Below are positions 10,071 through 18,898 of a DNA stretch of 64,000 nucleotides, piece by piece. Positions within the stretch are counted from its first letter, which is position 1. The number at the start of each line of letters is the position of its first letter. The translations under genes were made by a program, and so were the position numbers. The DNA is from Bryobacterales bacterium. GTDB taxonomy: Bacteria; Acidobacteriota; Terriglobia; Bryobacterales; Bryobacteraceae. A model generated the notes under the pieces. That model saw only the letters and a program-made list of their open reading frames with translations, had not been told where the DNA came from and ran no database searches. The stretch is taken from the NCBI GenBank assembly GCA_020847315.1, contig JADLCF010000223.1, forward strand, positions 11,083 through 75,082, written 5' to 3'.

Positions 10071-11021
10071 ATGGCAAAATCAGGAAGCGATGCGCCTGTC
10101 GAACGCATCCTGGGAAGAAGACACGAGGTAACACGGATGATCTGCGATACGAACCGGCGGCCAAGCCGCGATAGCCAGCGGGGCTCCACCTTCCTGGTCC
10201 CGATCCTTCTCGGCGCGGTGATCGCGCTGATTGCGGCGAACATCTACTTGTTCCTGCAGGTCGATAAGATGAAGACCGACCTTGCCGTTGTTCAGAGGGG
10301 CCTTGCCGATGAGGTGACCCAGTTGAAGGAAACGGTCAGCGTGAGTTCCGCCGCCAGCCGCAAGCGGGTCGAGGAACTGCAATCGTCGCTCCAGGCAGCG
10401 CAGGAAGAAGCGGCACAGGCCGTCGGCCGCGCCAAGACGGAAGCCGTCCAACGCGCCGAAGCCCTCAGCCGGCAACTCGCCGCGGAACAGCGCAAGCAGG
10501 AAGAGCAATCGAAACGGATTGCTTCGCGCGTCGAAGAAGTCAACAAGTCCGTCGAAACCAATGCGGAGAAGATGGGCAAGGTGGACGAATTCACCGCCAA
10601 ACTCGCCGAAGCCGATACGATGCTCGATAGCGCGCTCAAGAAGGCCATGGGCGATATGGGCGTGATGAGCGGCCTCATCGCCACCAACGCGGATGAACTC
10701 AAGAAGCTCAAGGAACTCGGGGACCGCAACTACTACGAGTTCGACCTCCGCAAGGCCAAGCAGCCCGCCAAAGTCGGCGACATCCTGCTCCGCGTCACAA
10801 AGACCGACACCAAGCGGAATCGCTTCACCCTCGAAGTGATCGCGGATGACAAGAAGGTCGAAAAGAAAGATCGCACGCTGAACGAACCCATCCAGTTCTA
10901 CACCATGTCCGCCCGTCAGCCCTACGAACTCGTGGTGAACAATGTGCAGAAGGATCGGATTGTCGGCTACCTCGCCACCCCGAAAGCGCAGCGCCCACGC
11001 GGCTCCGGTGGCGGGGCATAA
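10071..11021 (+). CDS. membrane-anchored coiled-coil protein, function unknown
   Basis: The tracked ORF 9822..11021 has a low-complexity N-terminal extension. ATG 10071 or ATG 10137 precedes the TM helix 'FLVPILLGAVIALIAANIYLFL'. About 170 aa of heptad-like A/E/Q/K-rich sequence follow, then a globular tail '..NYYEFDLRKAKQPAKVGDILLRVTK..'. Confidence 0.55.
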   Translation: MAKSGSDAPVERILGRRHEVTRMICDTNRRPSRDSQRGSTFLVPILLGAVIALIAANIYLFLQVDKMKTDLAVVQRGLADEVTQLKETVSVSSAASRKRVEELQSSLQAAQEEAAQAVGRAKTEAVQRAEALSRQLAAEQRKQEEQSKRIASRVEEVNKSVETNAEKMGKVDEFTAKLAEADTMLDSALKKAMGDMGVMSGLIATNADELKKLKELGDRNYYEFDLRKAKQPAKVGDILLRVTKTDTKRNRFTLEVIADDKKVEKKDRTLNEPIQFYTMSARQPYELVVNNVQKDRIVGYLATPKAQRPRGSGGGA

Positions 11022-11046
11022 CCACGAACTCCTCAGGCTCCATCGG

Positions 11047-11083
11047 AAAAGAGCGGCTCCACTCTTGGGCCGCTCTTTTTTTT
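11047..11083. terminator. bidirectional rho-independent terminator between convergent genes
   Basis: aaaagagcggc (11047-11057) pairs with gccgctctttt (11069-11079), and the T-run extends to 11083. An A-run on the left and T-run on the right would serve both strands. Confidence 0.7.
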
Positions 11084-11111
11084 CGCGCCGCAGCCGGCCC
11101 TCGAAGCTCCA

Positions 11112-11945
11112 TCAATTCCCTTCCCGGAAACCGATCCTGTACTTTCCGCTCCGCTGCATCTCCACCTTGGCCTTGTCCCCCAGGGGCAGATCGCCCGAAA
11201 TCGTCACCACGTACTGGTTCCGGATCAACCCGAATACCGCCTCCCCTGGGCTCTGTTTGGTCTTCCTAGCCATCTCCTGCAAGCTCAACGCAATGCCGCC
11301 CGTGCGCTCCGCCAGGTCCTGGAACATCCCCTTGTACCCGCCTACGAACAGCGGATAGATCGAAACTTCATTCCGCTGCGCCAACCGGTAGAGGCGGCTC
11401 TCGGAAATCCGGCTCCCGGCATCGAGCCCCGCCGTAATCAGAATCACCACCGGCCGCGCGCCTGCGTCCGTAAACGCGCCGTCGATCACCGCGAAAACCG
11501 CATCGAGAATTTGCGGACTGTTTCCATACTTCAGATTGCGCAGCGATTGCGCGAGGGCTTCCTTGCTCGAAGTGAAATCCTGCACCACCGTCGCCGCACT
11601 ATCGAACGCGACGATCGACATCTGGTCTCCCTCCCCCAGTTGCTCGATTATATTCGCCGCCGCGGGCTGCACCATCTCGCCGATCGAACTCGAATCCACG
11701 AGCAGCGCCACATCCATCAGGCCGCTCACCTTTTCGACCTTCTCCACGCTCCGCTCACGATTTCCATCCGTAATGCGCAAATCGGCGGCCTTCAAGTCCG
11801 TGACCGGCGCCATCGTGTCCCGGTCCACCACCGTCACCAGCAGCCGTGTGGATGCGTTCGCCGCGAGGCTAAAAAGTGCGCAAAGCACGGTCAGCGCCAG
11901 CACGGGCCGCCGCAAACTGGTTGACAAAGGTATACGCTGCTTCAC
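11112..11945 (-). CDS. VWA (von Willebrand factor A) domain protein, acidobacterial VWFA-related type
   Basis: 'VALLVDSSSIGEM' (MIDAS-like D-x-S-x-S), 'QMSIVAFDSAATVVQDFT' and 'ILITAGLDAGS'. I place the start at GTG 11945, giving signal-like 'VKQRIPLSTSLRRPVLALTVLCALFSLAANA'. The longer tracked ORF (to 12173) runs through a strong minus-strand terminator at 12006-12050. Confidence 0.7.
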   Translation of the reverse strand: MKQRIPLSTSLRRPVLALTVLCALFSLAANASTRLLVTVVDRDTMAPVTDLKAADLRITDGNRERSVEKVEKVSGLMDVALLVDSSSIGEMVQPAAANIIEQLGEGDQMSIVAFDSAATVVQDFTSSKEALAQSLRNLKYGNSPQILDAVFAVIDGAFTDAGARPVVILITAGLDAGSRISESRLYRLAQRNEVSIYPLFVGGYKGMFQDLAERTGGIALSLQEMARKTKQSPGEAVFGLIRNQYVVTISGDLPLGDKAKVEMQRSGKYRIGFREGN

Positions 11946-12005
11946 CCTACCGAGCTTATCAGGAGTGTCCGCCCCCCTCAATCGGCGCCTCCCGCGCCAC
12001 GCGGC

Positions 12006-12050
12006 AAAAAAAGGGCAGGGGAACAAGTGCCTGAGAGGCCTCCCCTGCCC
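12006..12050 (-). terminator. rho-independent terminator (minus strand) with no CDS immediately upstream of it
   Basis: Perfect 10-bp stem gggcagggga (12013-12022) / tcccctgccc (12041-12050). It is followed on the minus strand by T7, the complement of the A-run at 12006-12012. Confidence 0.65.
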
Positions 12051-12524
12051 TGCCGAATGAACTGGCAAGATGTGAGTTGTTTGCTGGGTTCCGGCCGGAT
12101 ATCCGGCCAAAGCAGGTATTCCCGGATCCAGGTGACGGGCCAATCCGGGCGCGGTGCTCGATACCGGACGCATCGTGGTCTGGAAAGCACACGCCGCGCA
12201 TGACGCCCGCCGCCCGATCCGGGAACGTTCCTACGCTGTGATCTTATGGTACTTTGATGTTGCGTGGAAGTCCTATGAGGACTATGTGCCGAGGTACAAA
12301 CTGGTTCGATATTATCAACTTTTCTACGTCGATACCGACCGGACAGGAGAATAAAACGCTACAGATACCCTAACGTAATCATGTAACTCATTGATATCAC
12401 ACATATTACCCATCTATTTCGCATCCCGTACCGATTTGCCACAATTCTCCGACAACGGGAATTCTTCGAACGTTAATGCGCATTGCCTCTCATCTTCAGT
12501 GCTCTCAAGGAACCGTCCTCCCGC

Positions 12525-13691
12525 TCATGTCTTCTCGACAAGTCCCCGGATGTTCACACTGAAAACGCAACTCTTGCCCAATCGGTCGGATTCGAAAAAC
12601 AACGTCTGGCTGTCGCCGGAGAAGAACGGATTCACAGACGCCGGGGCCGATGATTGGTGCTCCATCAGCGAAAACTCCCGCCGCGTCACTCGAAGCAGCA
12701 ACAGCAGCAAGGGCTGAGCCTTGGAAGAACTCGCCCCGACGAAGACGGAGCCATCCGCATTCGCAGAAAACGTAGCAAACTTCGTCGTGTTCGCGATCAG
12801 CCGGTGCGTCCCTTCGTCCAGGTTGTACTCCATCAGTTGGTAGCGCTCCACCCCGTTCACCTGCTGCCGGATCAGGTACATCAGGATGTGGCCCGTCCGG
12901 TCCCAGCGCGCCTGCAGCACCTCACCCTTTGGGAACTCGGGCAGCGCGGGCGCATTCGGCACACCCACGAGCGATGGCTTGTGCTGCGTGTCCAACAGAA
13001 GCAGCCCAAAGCGCTGATGAAACCCGAGCGGTTGCAATCCCCCGCCCTCCGCCTGAAGAACCTGCCTGGATTTCCCGGACCCCGGGTCCACGAACACGAT
13101 GCGCGTCACCTCGCCGCGCTGCTCCATCACCGCAGCCGTGCGGTCGTCCTGCGCCAGTAGCAATTGCCCCGTGCTGTGCCATCCGTCCCCGGACCGGTAC
13201 AGCTCTCTCGTCCGCCCACGCCGGATCTCATTGCGGATGACGGCATCTCCATCGAGATACATCACATCCTTGCCGTCGCGAAGCATCGCGAGCGAGCGTG
13301 GCCGCAATTCCCGGGCCTCCGCCGTCTGCTGGCTCCCGCCCCGCTTCAAATCGAGAAGATACGGCTGCCAGTTCCCGCTCCTGTTGCTCGCATAAAGCAA
13401 TTGGCTGTCTCCCGCCGGCAGCGCGCGATTCGGGTCGATCGGCAAATGCGCATCGGCGGTGTCCTCCGTCCAGCGAGTCACCAGGTATTCCGTCGCGGGG
13501 TCGACAAACACCTGTTTTTGCGGTTCGATCCGCGCCAGCGCCGCAGCCCGGGCCGGGGTTGGCAGGTACCCGGCGATTCCCCCGCACGCGACGGCGCCCG
13601 CCACGCCCGTTACCCGCGCCAGCACCTGCCGGCGGGTCAATGAGTAAGAATTCAGCGAATCACTTCGTTCGGTTGCTTCGAGAAAGGGCAT
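12525..13691 (-). CDS. TolB-like / oligogalacturonate-lyase-like beta-propeller protein with RR-type signal
   Basis: 'LTRRQVLARVTGVAGAVACGG' is signal-like. Repeated propeller-blade-like segments follow ('LLYASNRSGNWQPYLLDL', 'FFSGDSQTLFFESDRLGKSCVFSV'). Confidence 0.55.
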   Translation of the reverse strand: MPFLEATERSDSLNSYSLTRRQVLARVTGVAGAVACGGIAGYLPTPARAAALARIEPQKQVFVDPATEYLVTRWTEDTADAHLPIDPNRALPAGDSQLLYASNRSGNWQPYLLDLKRGGSQQTAEARELRPRSLAMLRDGKDVMYLDGDAVIRNEIRRGRTRELYRSGDGWHSTGQLLLAQDDRTAAVMEQRGEVTRIVFVDPGSGKSRQVLQAEGGGLQPLGFHQRFGLLLLDTQHKPSLVGVPNAPALPEFPKGEVLQARWDRTGHILMYLIRQQVNGVERYQLMEYNLDEGTHRLIANTTKFATFSANADGSVFVGASSSKAQPLLLLLLRVTRREFSLMEHQSSAPASVNPFFSGDSQTLFFESDRLGKSCVFSVNIRGLVEKT

Positions 13692-13854
13692 TACGACTTT
13701 GGGCCGCGATCACGCTCACGCGGTGTGGAACCGGCCCATTCCTATGGATGCGCCGTGCACACGAAAAGTGTACCGTTCTTCCGGCATCCAGCCACAACCC
13801 GGCCGAGCGCGCCTGGTCGCTAGCCCGACGCTTTCGCTTCCTTGCCCTCCACGT

Positions 13855-14904
13855 CTATGCATGAGCCCGATGCGGTTTCCCGTCATGCCCGCGGTAATAG
13901 TGCCTCGCCAGCAGATCCGCGCCCCAATCGCCTGTGAAGTCTCTCCACACGCAATGAATATGGTTGGCTTGGTTCTGCGTGCAGTCGTATTCAATCAGGA
14001 AGGTCGGAGCCTGAATCCGGTAGTAATGCGGATCCCCCAAATTCGGCCCCCCAGCCCACGCGAACAGCAATTTGCCCGCGCCCTCTTTCACCTGCGTCTC
14101 CCGCCACCGGCGCGCTCCCTCCGGAACGTTGCCGGTATACTCCTCGATCACTGCCATCAGTTTGCCGTGCTGGCTTGCGGTCATCTTCGCTGCGGCTAAG
14201 CCCGAAGGCTGCCCGGAGAGCGCAGCCTTGCGGTGGTTGCTCGTAAGAATATCTTTATAAGCCACCGCGTCCACGATGGCCTGTTTCTGTTGCTCCGGCC
14301 GGAGCGCGTGCAGCAACTCCCGCGCCAAATCCTCTTCCGCGGATAGCACCCGCAAGCCCTTGCGCGCCCCATGCCGCACCTCGCGCGGGTTAGAGCCGAA
14401 AAATGTCGGCGCCGCGAAGATCTTTCCATCCCGCACCGTGTAGTGCAGGCTCAGGTGGTGCCCTTCCACGCGGAAGCCCCAGATAGCGGTATCCGAAGGC
14501 GTGCCGAAAATACTGAAGTAGTACTTGCCGGGGTTCCGCCGCTCCCCGGAATCCTTTTCCATCTCCTTCAGAACCTCTTCGAGGCTCATGATGGTGGCTG
14601 CCTTGATATACCCCTTCTGGCTTAGGCCGGCGGCCAGCAGCGCATGCGCCAGGTGCTGCTGCTCCGGGCGCATCTCGCGAAACGCAATCCCCTTCCGCTC
14701 TATCGGTGTGTAGTGATACACGTAGCGCTCGGCATCCATGAAATCGAAACTCGCCCGCGCCCGCTGGCTCTCATCGAGCGAATCGAGAAACGTGAGCGCC
14801 GTGTGCGTCAGCAGCGTGCTGCCCGCCAAATGCAGCCGCCCGATCTGCATCGCGCCCACCGTGGCGATCGCATTCCACAAGAACTCTCTGCGTCCGGAAC
14901 ACAT
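13855..14904 (-). CDS. DUF3500 domain-containing protein
   Basis: 'WGFRVEGHHLSLHYTV' and 'FLIEYDCTQNQANHIHCVWRD' are typical DUF3500 blocks. GGAGGGA lies 5 nt upstream of ATG 14904. 'GRREFLWNAIA' is RR-signal-like. Confidence 0.85.
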   Translation of the reverse strand: MCSGRREFLWNAIATVGAMQIGRLHLAGSTLLTHTALTFLDSLDESQRARASFDFMDAERYVYHYTPIERKGIAFREMRPEQQHLAHALLAAGLSQKGYIKAATIMSLEEVLKEMEKDSGERRNPGKYYFSIFGTPSDTAIWGFRVEGHHLSLHYTVRDGKIFAAPTFFGSNPREVRHGARKGLRVLSAEEDLARELLHALRPEQQKQAIVDAVAYKDILTSNHRKAALSGQPSGLAAAKMTASQHGKLMAVIEEYTGNVPEGARRWRETQVKEGAGKLLFAWAGGPNLGDPHYYRIQAPTFLIEYDCTQNQANHIHCVWRDFTGDWGADLLARHYYRGHDGKPHRAHA

Positions 14905-15030
14905 TGAAATCCCTCCGTCCTGCGGCCCATGCGGGATCCCCGCAATCGCATCGCAATGGATACGCCAGCCCGCCGTGTTGAAATTCTAGCGAATGCGAAG
15001 CGCAAAGGGAAACAGGCAGCCCCGCCGGAG

Positions 15031-15072
15031 CTACAAAGCAAATCGAGCGTCGCGGTGGTCGCCGCGACGCTC
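15031..15072 (-). terminator. rho-independent terminator after the M23 peptidase gene
   Basis: 11-bp stem gagcgtcgcgg (15045-15055) / ccgcgacgctc (15062-15072). It is followed on the minus strand by the T-rich tract GATTTGCTTTG. Confidence 0.55.
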
Positions 15073-15109
15073 GTGGAAAGGAGGTTTTTCTGACTGGCAA
15101 ACTCTAGAT

Positions 15110-15991
15110 TTAGAAAGGCAATTGCGAAGTCCGCGCATCCGCCGTAATCGGCCTCTTCAGGAACGGATACGGATTTACCGCCACTCCATTCACGCGAACT
15201 TCGTAATGCAGATGCGTCCCGGTGGCGCGGCCCGTCGCCCCCATCCCCCCGATCACTTCTCCCCGGCGCACTTCCATGCCCGGAATCACTTTCATGCTCG
15301 ATAGGTGCGCATACCGCGTCTGATATTGTCCGTGGTCGATCACCACGATGCGTCCGTAGCCTCCGAACCAGCCCGCCATTGTCACGATTCCATCCGCGCT
15401 CGCCTTGATCGGGTCTCCGTAGTTGCCCTTGATGTCCACGCCGGAATGGAAGGCGCCCAGGCCGCTGAACGGGTCGGTCCGCTTTCCGTAGTTGTCCATC
15501 AATCGCCCGTTCACCGGCCAGATGCTTGGCATCGCGTTCGTATGGCGCTTACGCACAAACTCACGGAAGATCCGCGAATAATCCGCGTTCTTCAGGAAGT
15601 CATACTGCTCCAGCGTCTCGTTCATCGTCGGGATCAGCCGCGCTTCGGACGCCAGGTCGTTGTCGTTGTTCAGGTTCTGTTTCAAACCGTACGCCACCGA
15701 GACTTCGCTCGCGAAGATCTGCAGCGTCGCCAGTTGCTCGTTCTGTTCTTCGGCGGTCTTCTGGAGGTTTGTATAGCGGTCCCGCAGCGTCTCCACCTCT
15801 TCGCGGAGATTGTTGTACTGGGCCACTTTCCAAACCATGCGCCCGTAGCTGCCGACAAAACCGAATACGGAGAACGAACCAAGCACGGCCAACGCCAGAA
15901 TGGCGTAAATCACAGTGTGGGGAAGATGGATGCGCTGAATCCGTCCATGTACGCTATGCGCCAGGACGAGAATAAAATACCGTTGCTTCAC
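15110..15991 (-). CDS. M23 family metallopeptidase
   Basis: 'HSGVDIKG' (H-x-x-x-D) and 'GTHLHYEV' (H-x-H) zinc motifs, an N-terminal TM helix and a coiled-coil segment. GTG start at 15991. Confidence 0.9.
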   Translation of the reverse strand: MKQRYFILVLAHSVHGRIQRIHLPHTVIYAILALAVLGSFSVFGFVGSYGRMVWKVAQYNNLREEVETLRDRYTNLQKTAEEQNEQLATLQIFASEVSVAYGLKQNLNNDNDLASEARLIPTMNETLEQYDFLKNADYSRIFREFVRKRHTNAMPSIWPVNGRLMDNYGKRTDPFSGLGAFHSGVDIKGNYGDPIKASADGIVTMAGWFGGYGRIVVIDHGQYQTRYAHLSSMKVIPGMEVRRGEVIGGMGATGRATGTHLHYEVRVNGVAVNPYPFLKRPITADARTSQLPF

Positions 15992-16309
15992 GAAAGAACC
16001 TCTGGGTGGCGTTAACCTCGGGTGCGGCCCGCCTTGTTGGCGTTCCTTGCCCCAAGGGAATGCTCCAACCGGTGGGCGGGAGCGAAGCCTCGTGAACCTT
16101 TGCTCGTGGACTGTGGCGTTTAGACCCGATTTGGGGCGTCCATTTGTCTCACTGCAAACACTTGAAGTTACCAGGATGAGACTGCGTTGTCAATCTGGGA
16201 AGAAACAGCGAACAGCCCCTCAAATCGTCATTTTGTCGCTTATACGGTCGTAAATCGCCATCAAACGGCGCATCGTTCTTGCTTTTTGGGACCAGGGTAT
16301 CCGAATTCT

Positions 16310-17821
16310 TCATCCGCCGGCCTTCCCTCGCCCGGCCTCACCGGCCGCCGGATAGTCCGCCCCGCTCAGGCTGCGCTCCACGGACCGCTGCCATTCCTCA
16401 AGGGCCGCCCGCATGGCCTTCACCCGCTCCGGCTGCGCCGCCGCCAAATCGATCTTCTCCCCGTCATCCGCATCGAGGTCGTACAACTCCGCCGGACCCT
16501 TGGCCGGCGCATACAGCTTATACCGTGCCTCCGTAATCGCCGCCACTCCTCCGAAATCGGACGTCCTCGCGCGCGTGTGCTTCAGATTCCGGAACGTGAT
16601 ATGCGGCACCTTCGCCGTGGGGATATTGCCCGTCTGCGCTTTCAACGGCAGGTACGGCTCCGGATTCTCGTTCTCTTCCCGCGCCACATCGTAGCCCCAG
16701 AAGCAAATCGGCCCCGGCCGCGTGTCCATCTTCCCTTCGAGCACTGGCCGCAGACTCATCCCGTCGAGCGGCCGCGCAGGCAGCCCCGTCCTCGTCAGAT
16801 CGCACAGCGTCGGCAGTATATCGCTCGTCACCGCCCGCATTTGAGTGCGGCGCGCCTCCCGGATCCCTGCCGGCCATTCGATGATCGCCGGAACGCGAAT
16901 CCCGCCTTCGTAGTAGCTCCCCTTTGCGCCGCGCAGCGGAGAGCGATCCCGGTCCGGAACCGGCGTCCCGTTATCGCTGATGAACCACAACAGCGTGTTC
17001 TCCGCGATGCCCGTCTCCCGTAGCCCCTCCCGGAAAATCCCGATCGCCCGGTCCATCGCGCTGATTTCCGCGAATCGCTCCGCCAGCCGCTCACTCACTT
17101 TGCCGTGATAGGGAACAATATCGTCGTCAATCGGCGTGTAAGGCTCATGCGGAGAACCGAACGCCAGCACCGTGAACGTGCGCTTCCCCGCCTTCACCTG
17201 CTGCCCGAGCCAACGCGCCGCCTCCCGCGCCACGCCCTCGCTGGCCTCTCCATTCACCCGTTCCGGGTCCGCCCCGTTCCGTGAGAGCGGCGGACTATGC
17301 CCGAAGAAATTGTCGTGCGCCAGCCACTCATCAAACCCCATCGCCCCCGGATTCGTCGGCGACCCCGCTCTCACCGGACCCAGATGCCACTTGCCGAAAT
17401 ACCCCGTCGCGAATCCCTTCTCCCTCAGCAGCGCCCCGATCGTGATCTCCTCCGGGCGAATCGACCAGTTCGGCGCGAAATCCCCGAACCGGTTCGCATT
17501 CCGCCCCGTCATCACGCTCCCCCGCGTCGGCGCGCACAGCGCCGCTCCGGAATAGAAGCGGTCGAATCGCAGCCCGTTCGCCGCCATCCGGTCAAGCACT
17601 GGCGTCCGCAGCAGCGCATGCCCCTGGTAGCCCGTCTCATGCCATCCCAAATCATCGGCGATACAGAGCACGATGTGCGCAGGTTCGCCCGCCTTCGCTA
17701 CGCTCTGTCCGGCACCGGGTTCCGCCGGCAGGGGCATCGCGCCCAACGCCATCACAGGCGCTGCCGCCCTGCTCAAAAACTCGCGCCTGCTTGTGTTCCT
17801 GGTCCTGGCCCGGAAGCTCAT
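16310..17821 (-). CDS. sulfatase (Cys-type, formylglycine-dependent), RR-signal exported
   Basis: 'IADDLGWHETGY' and 'CAPTRGSVMTGR' (C-x-P-x-R). ATG 17821 gives 'MSFRARTRNTSRREFLSRAAAPVMALGA'. The longer tracked start at 17989 adds a non-signal extension. Confidence 0.9.
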   Translation of the reverse strand: MSFRARTRNTSRREFLSRAAAPVMALGAMPLPAEPGAGQSVAKAGEPAHIVLCIADDLGWHETGYQGHALLRTPVLDRMAANGLRFDRFYSGAALCAPTRGSVMTGRNANRFGDFAPNWSIRPEEITIGALLREKGFATGYFGKWHLGPVRAGSPTNPGAMGFDEWLAHDNFFGHSPPLSRNGADPERVNGEASEGVAREAARWLGQQVKAGKRTFTVLAFGSPHEPYTPIDDDIVPYHGKVSERLAERFAEISAMDRAIGIFREGLRETGIAENTLLWFISDNGTPVPDRDRSPLRGAKGSYYEGGIRVPAIIEWPAGIREARRTQMRAVTSDILPTLCDLTRTGLPARPLDGMSLRPVLEGKMDTRPGPICFWGYDVAREENENPEPYLPLKAQTGNIPTAKVPHITFRNLKHTRARTSDFGGVAAITEARYKLYAPAKGPAELYDLDADDGEKIDLAAAQPERVKAMRAALEEWQRSVERSLSGADYPAAGEAGRGKAGG

Positions 17822-18061
17822 CGCGCACCCTCCGCCCGCCCCTCTTCGCCGGCGGACCGGCTTCGCGGGCAGCCATGAGCCTATCGAATTCAAATCCCCA
17901 CCGCAACGGCAATCCGCGCGCATCCGTGCCACGGGAATCAACGGCAAAAAGCCGCCCGTTTCGAGCCACAAAGGCAACTGCCGGTGCAATTCCTCGCGCT
18001 CGAAAGGGCGGCTCCCTGCTACGGACCACCAGGAGTTTCAGGTTTGATCGGAGCCTTCTCG

Positions 18062-18376
18062 CTAGGCCTCCTTGATGGAGCTGATGATCACCTTCCCGTC
18101 CTCCATCGTCCCGGTGACGGTGACATTTTTCCCGGCGAATTCCGCAGCTTTTTCCTGCGGTTCAAGCGGGATGGATTGGCCGCCGGTGCTGAGCACATAG
18201 GTCTTCACACCCTGCACTTCTTTCTGTTCCACCGTGCCGGTCCAGGATTTCTCCGGCGCCTGCACCTGTTGAGAGTCGGCCTGAGCTGCGAGCCCGGTTA
18301 CCGGAAATACAGTTGCCGTCATACTGAGCAGAAACGCAAAAGCCAATAGCGCACGAACGGAATTCGACACAAACAT
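18062..18376 (-). CDS. small secreted protein, function unknown
   Basis: ATG 18376 has AAGGAAAA upstream. It gives the signal peptide 'MFVSNSVRALLAFAFLLSMTATVFPVTGLAAQA' and a product of 104 aa. Confidence 0.5.
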   Translation of the reverse strand: MFVSNSVRALLAFAFLLSMTATVFPVTGLAAQADSQQVQAPEKSWTGTVEQKEVQGVKTYVLSTGGQSIPLEPQEKAAEFAGKNVTVTGTMEDGKVIISSIKEA

Positions 18377-18898
18377 TCTAAATTTTCCTTCGTAGATTTT
18401 TTGGACTTTTCCCGGCCATTTACCGGATTTGCTCCAATGAAATGCACGTCGCGTGCCAATTCCCCAAGATCCGGAAAAACCCATCAATAAATCAGCCACA
18501 TAGCAAAAATCCGCTCCCAGGAATAAGCAGCACATGTTTCAGAAATCTCCGCGAAATTACCCGGAATCCAAGAATCCCCACGCCACCAGGTCAAATCTAC
18601 CGCTCCAGACCTGCTGAAATTCCCTCTTCGCCGTGATGCAGTTTCTAAAGCCCTAGGGAGAAGGGCGGATCGGCTCAATGCATATTTCCAGGATCCGGGC
18701 GCAGCTTAACCCGGCGCTTCGCCGGGAGATCCTCCGCGATACGAAAACCACAACCGGCTGGGTCCATACCGTCATCCACGTGATCGCCAAGGGCAATCCC
18801 CATGCTTAAGGTGGCGAAACTCATCCGCCTATCCCACGATTGCTCCACACGGGCGCATTGGTTACCATTTCCGTAATATCCCTGCAGGAGGCATCTCT

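Noticed and set aside
11946-12173. N-terminal extension of the VWA ORF (and overlapping minus-strand ORFs 11959..12201 and 11978..12190)
   Set aside because: The extension reads through a strong minus-strand intrinsic terminator (12006-12050) and has no signal or domain features. GTG 11945 gives a proper signal peptide.
12296-12320. tRNA T-loop-like 'GGTTCGAT' string
   Set aside because: No complementary T-stem, acceptor stem or anticodon arm can be drawn around it.
12154-12354. 66-aa plus-strand ORF in the low-GC island
   Set aside because: It has a GTG start without an RBS, and half of it lies in the GC-rich flank. An open stretch of 38 AT-rich codons is not statistically remarkable, and I recognise no motif. 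It cannot be fully excluded as a small protein.
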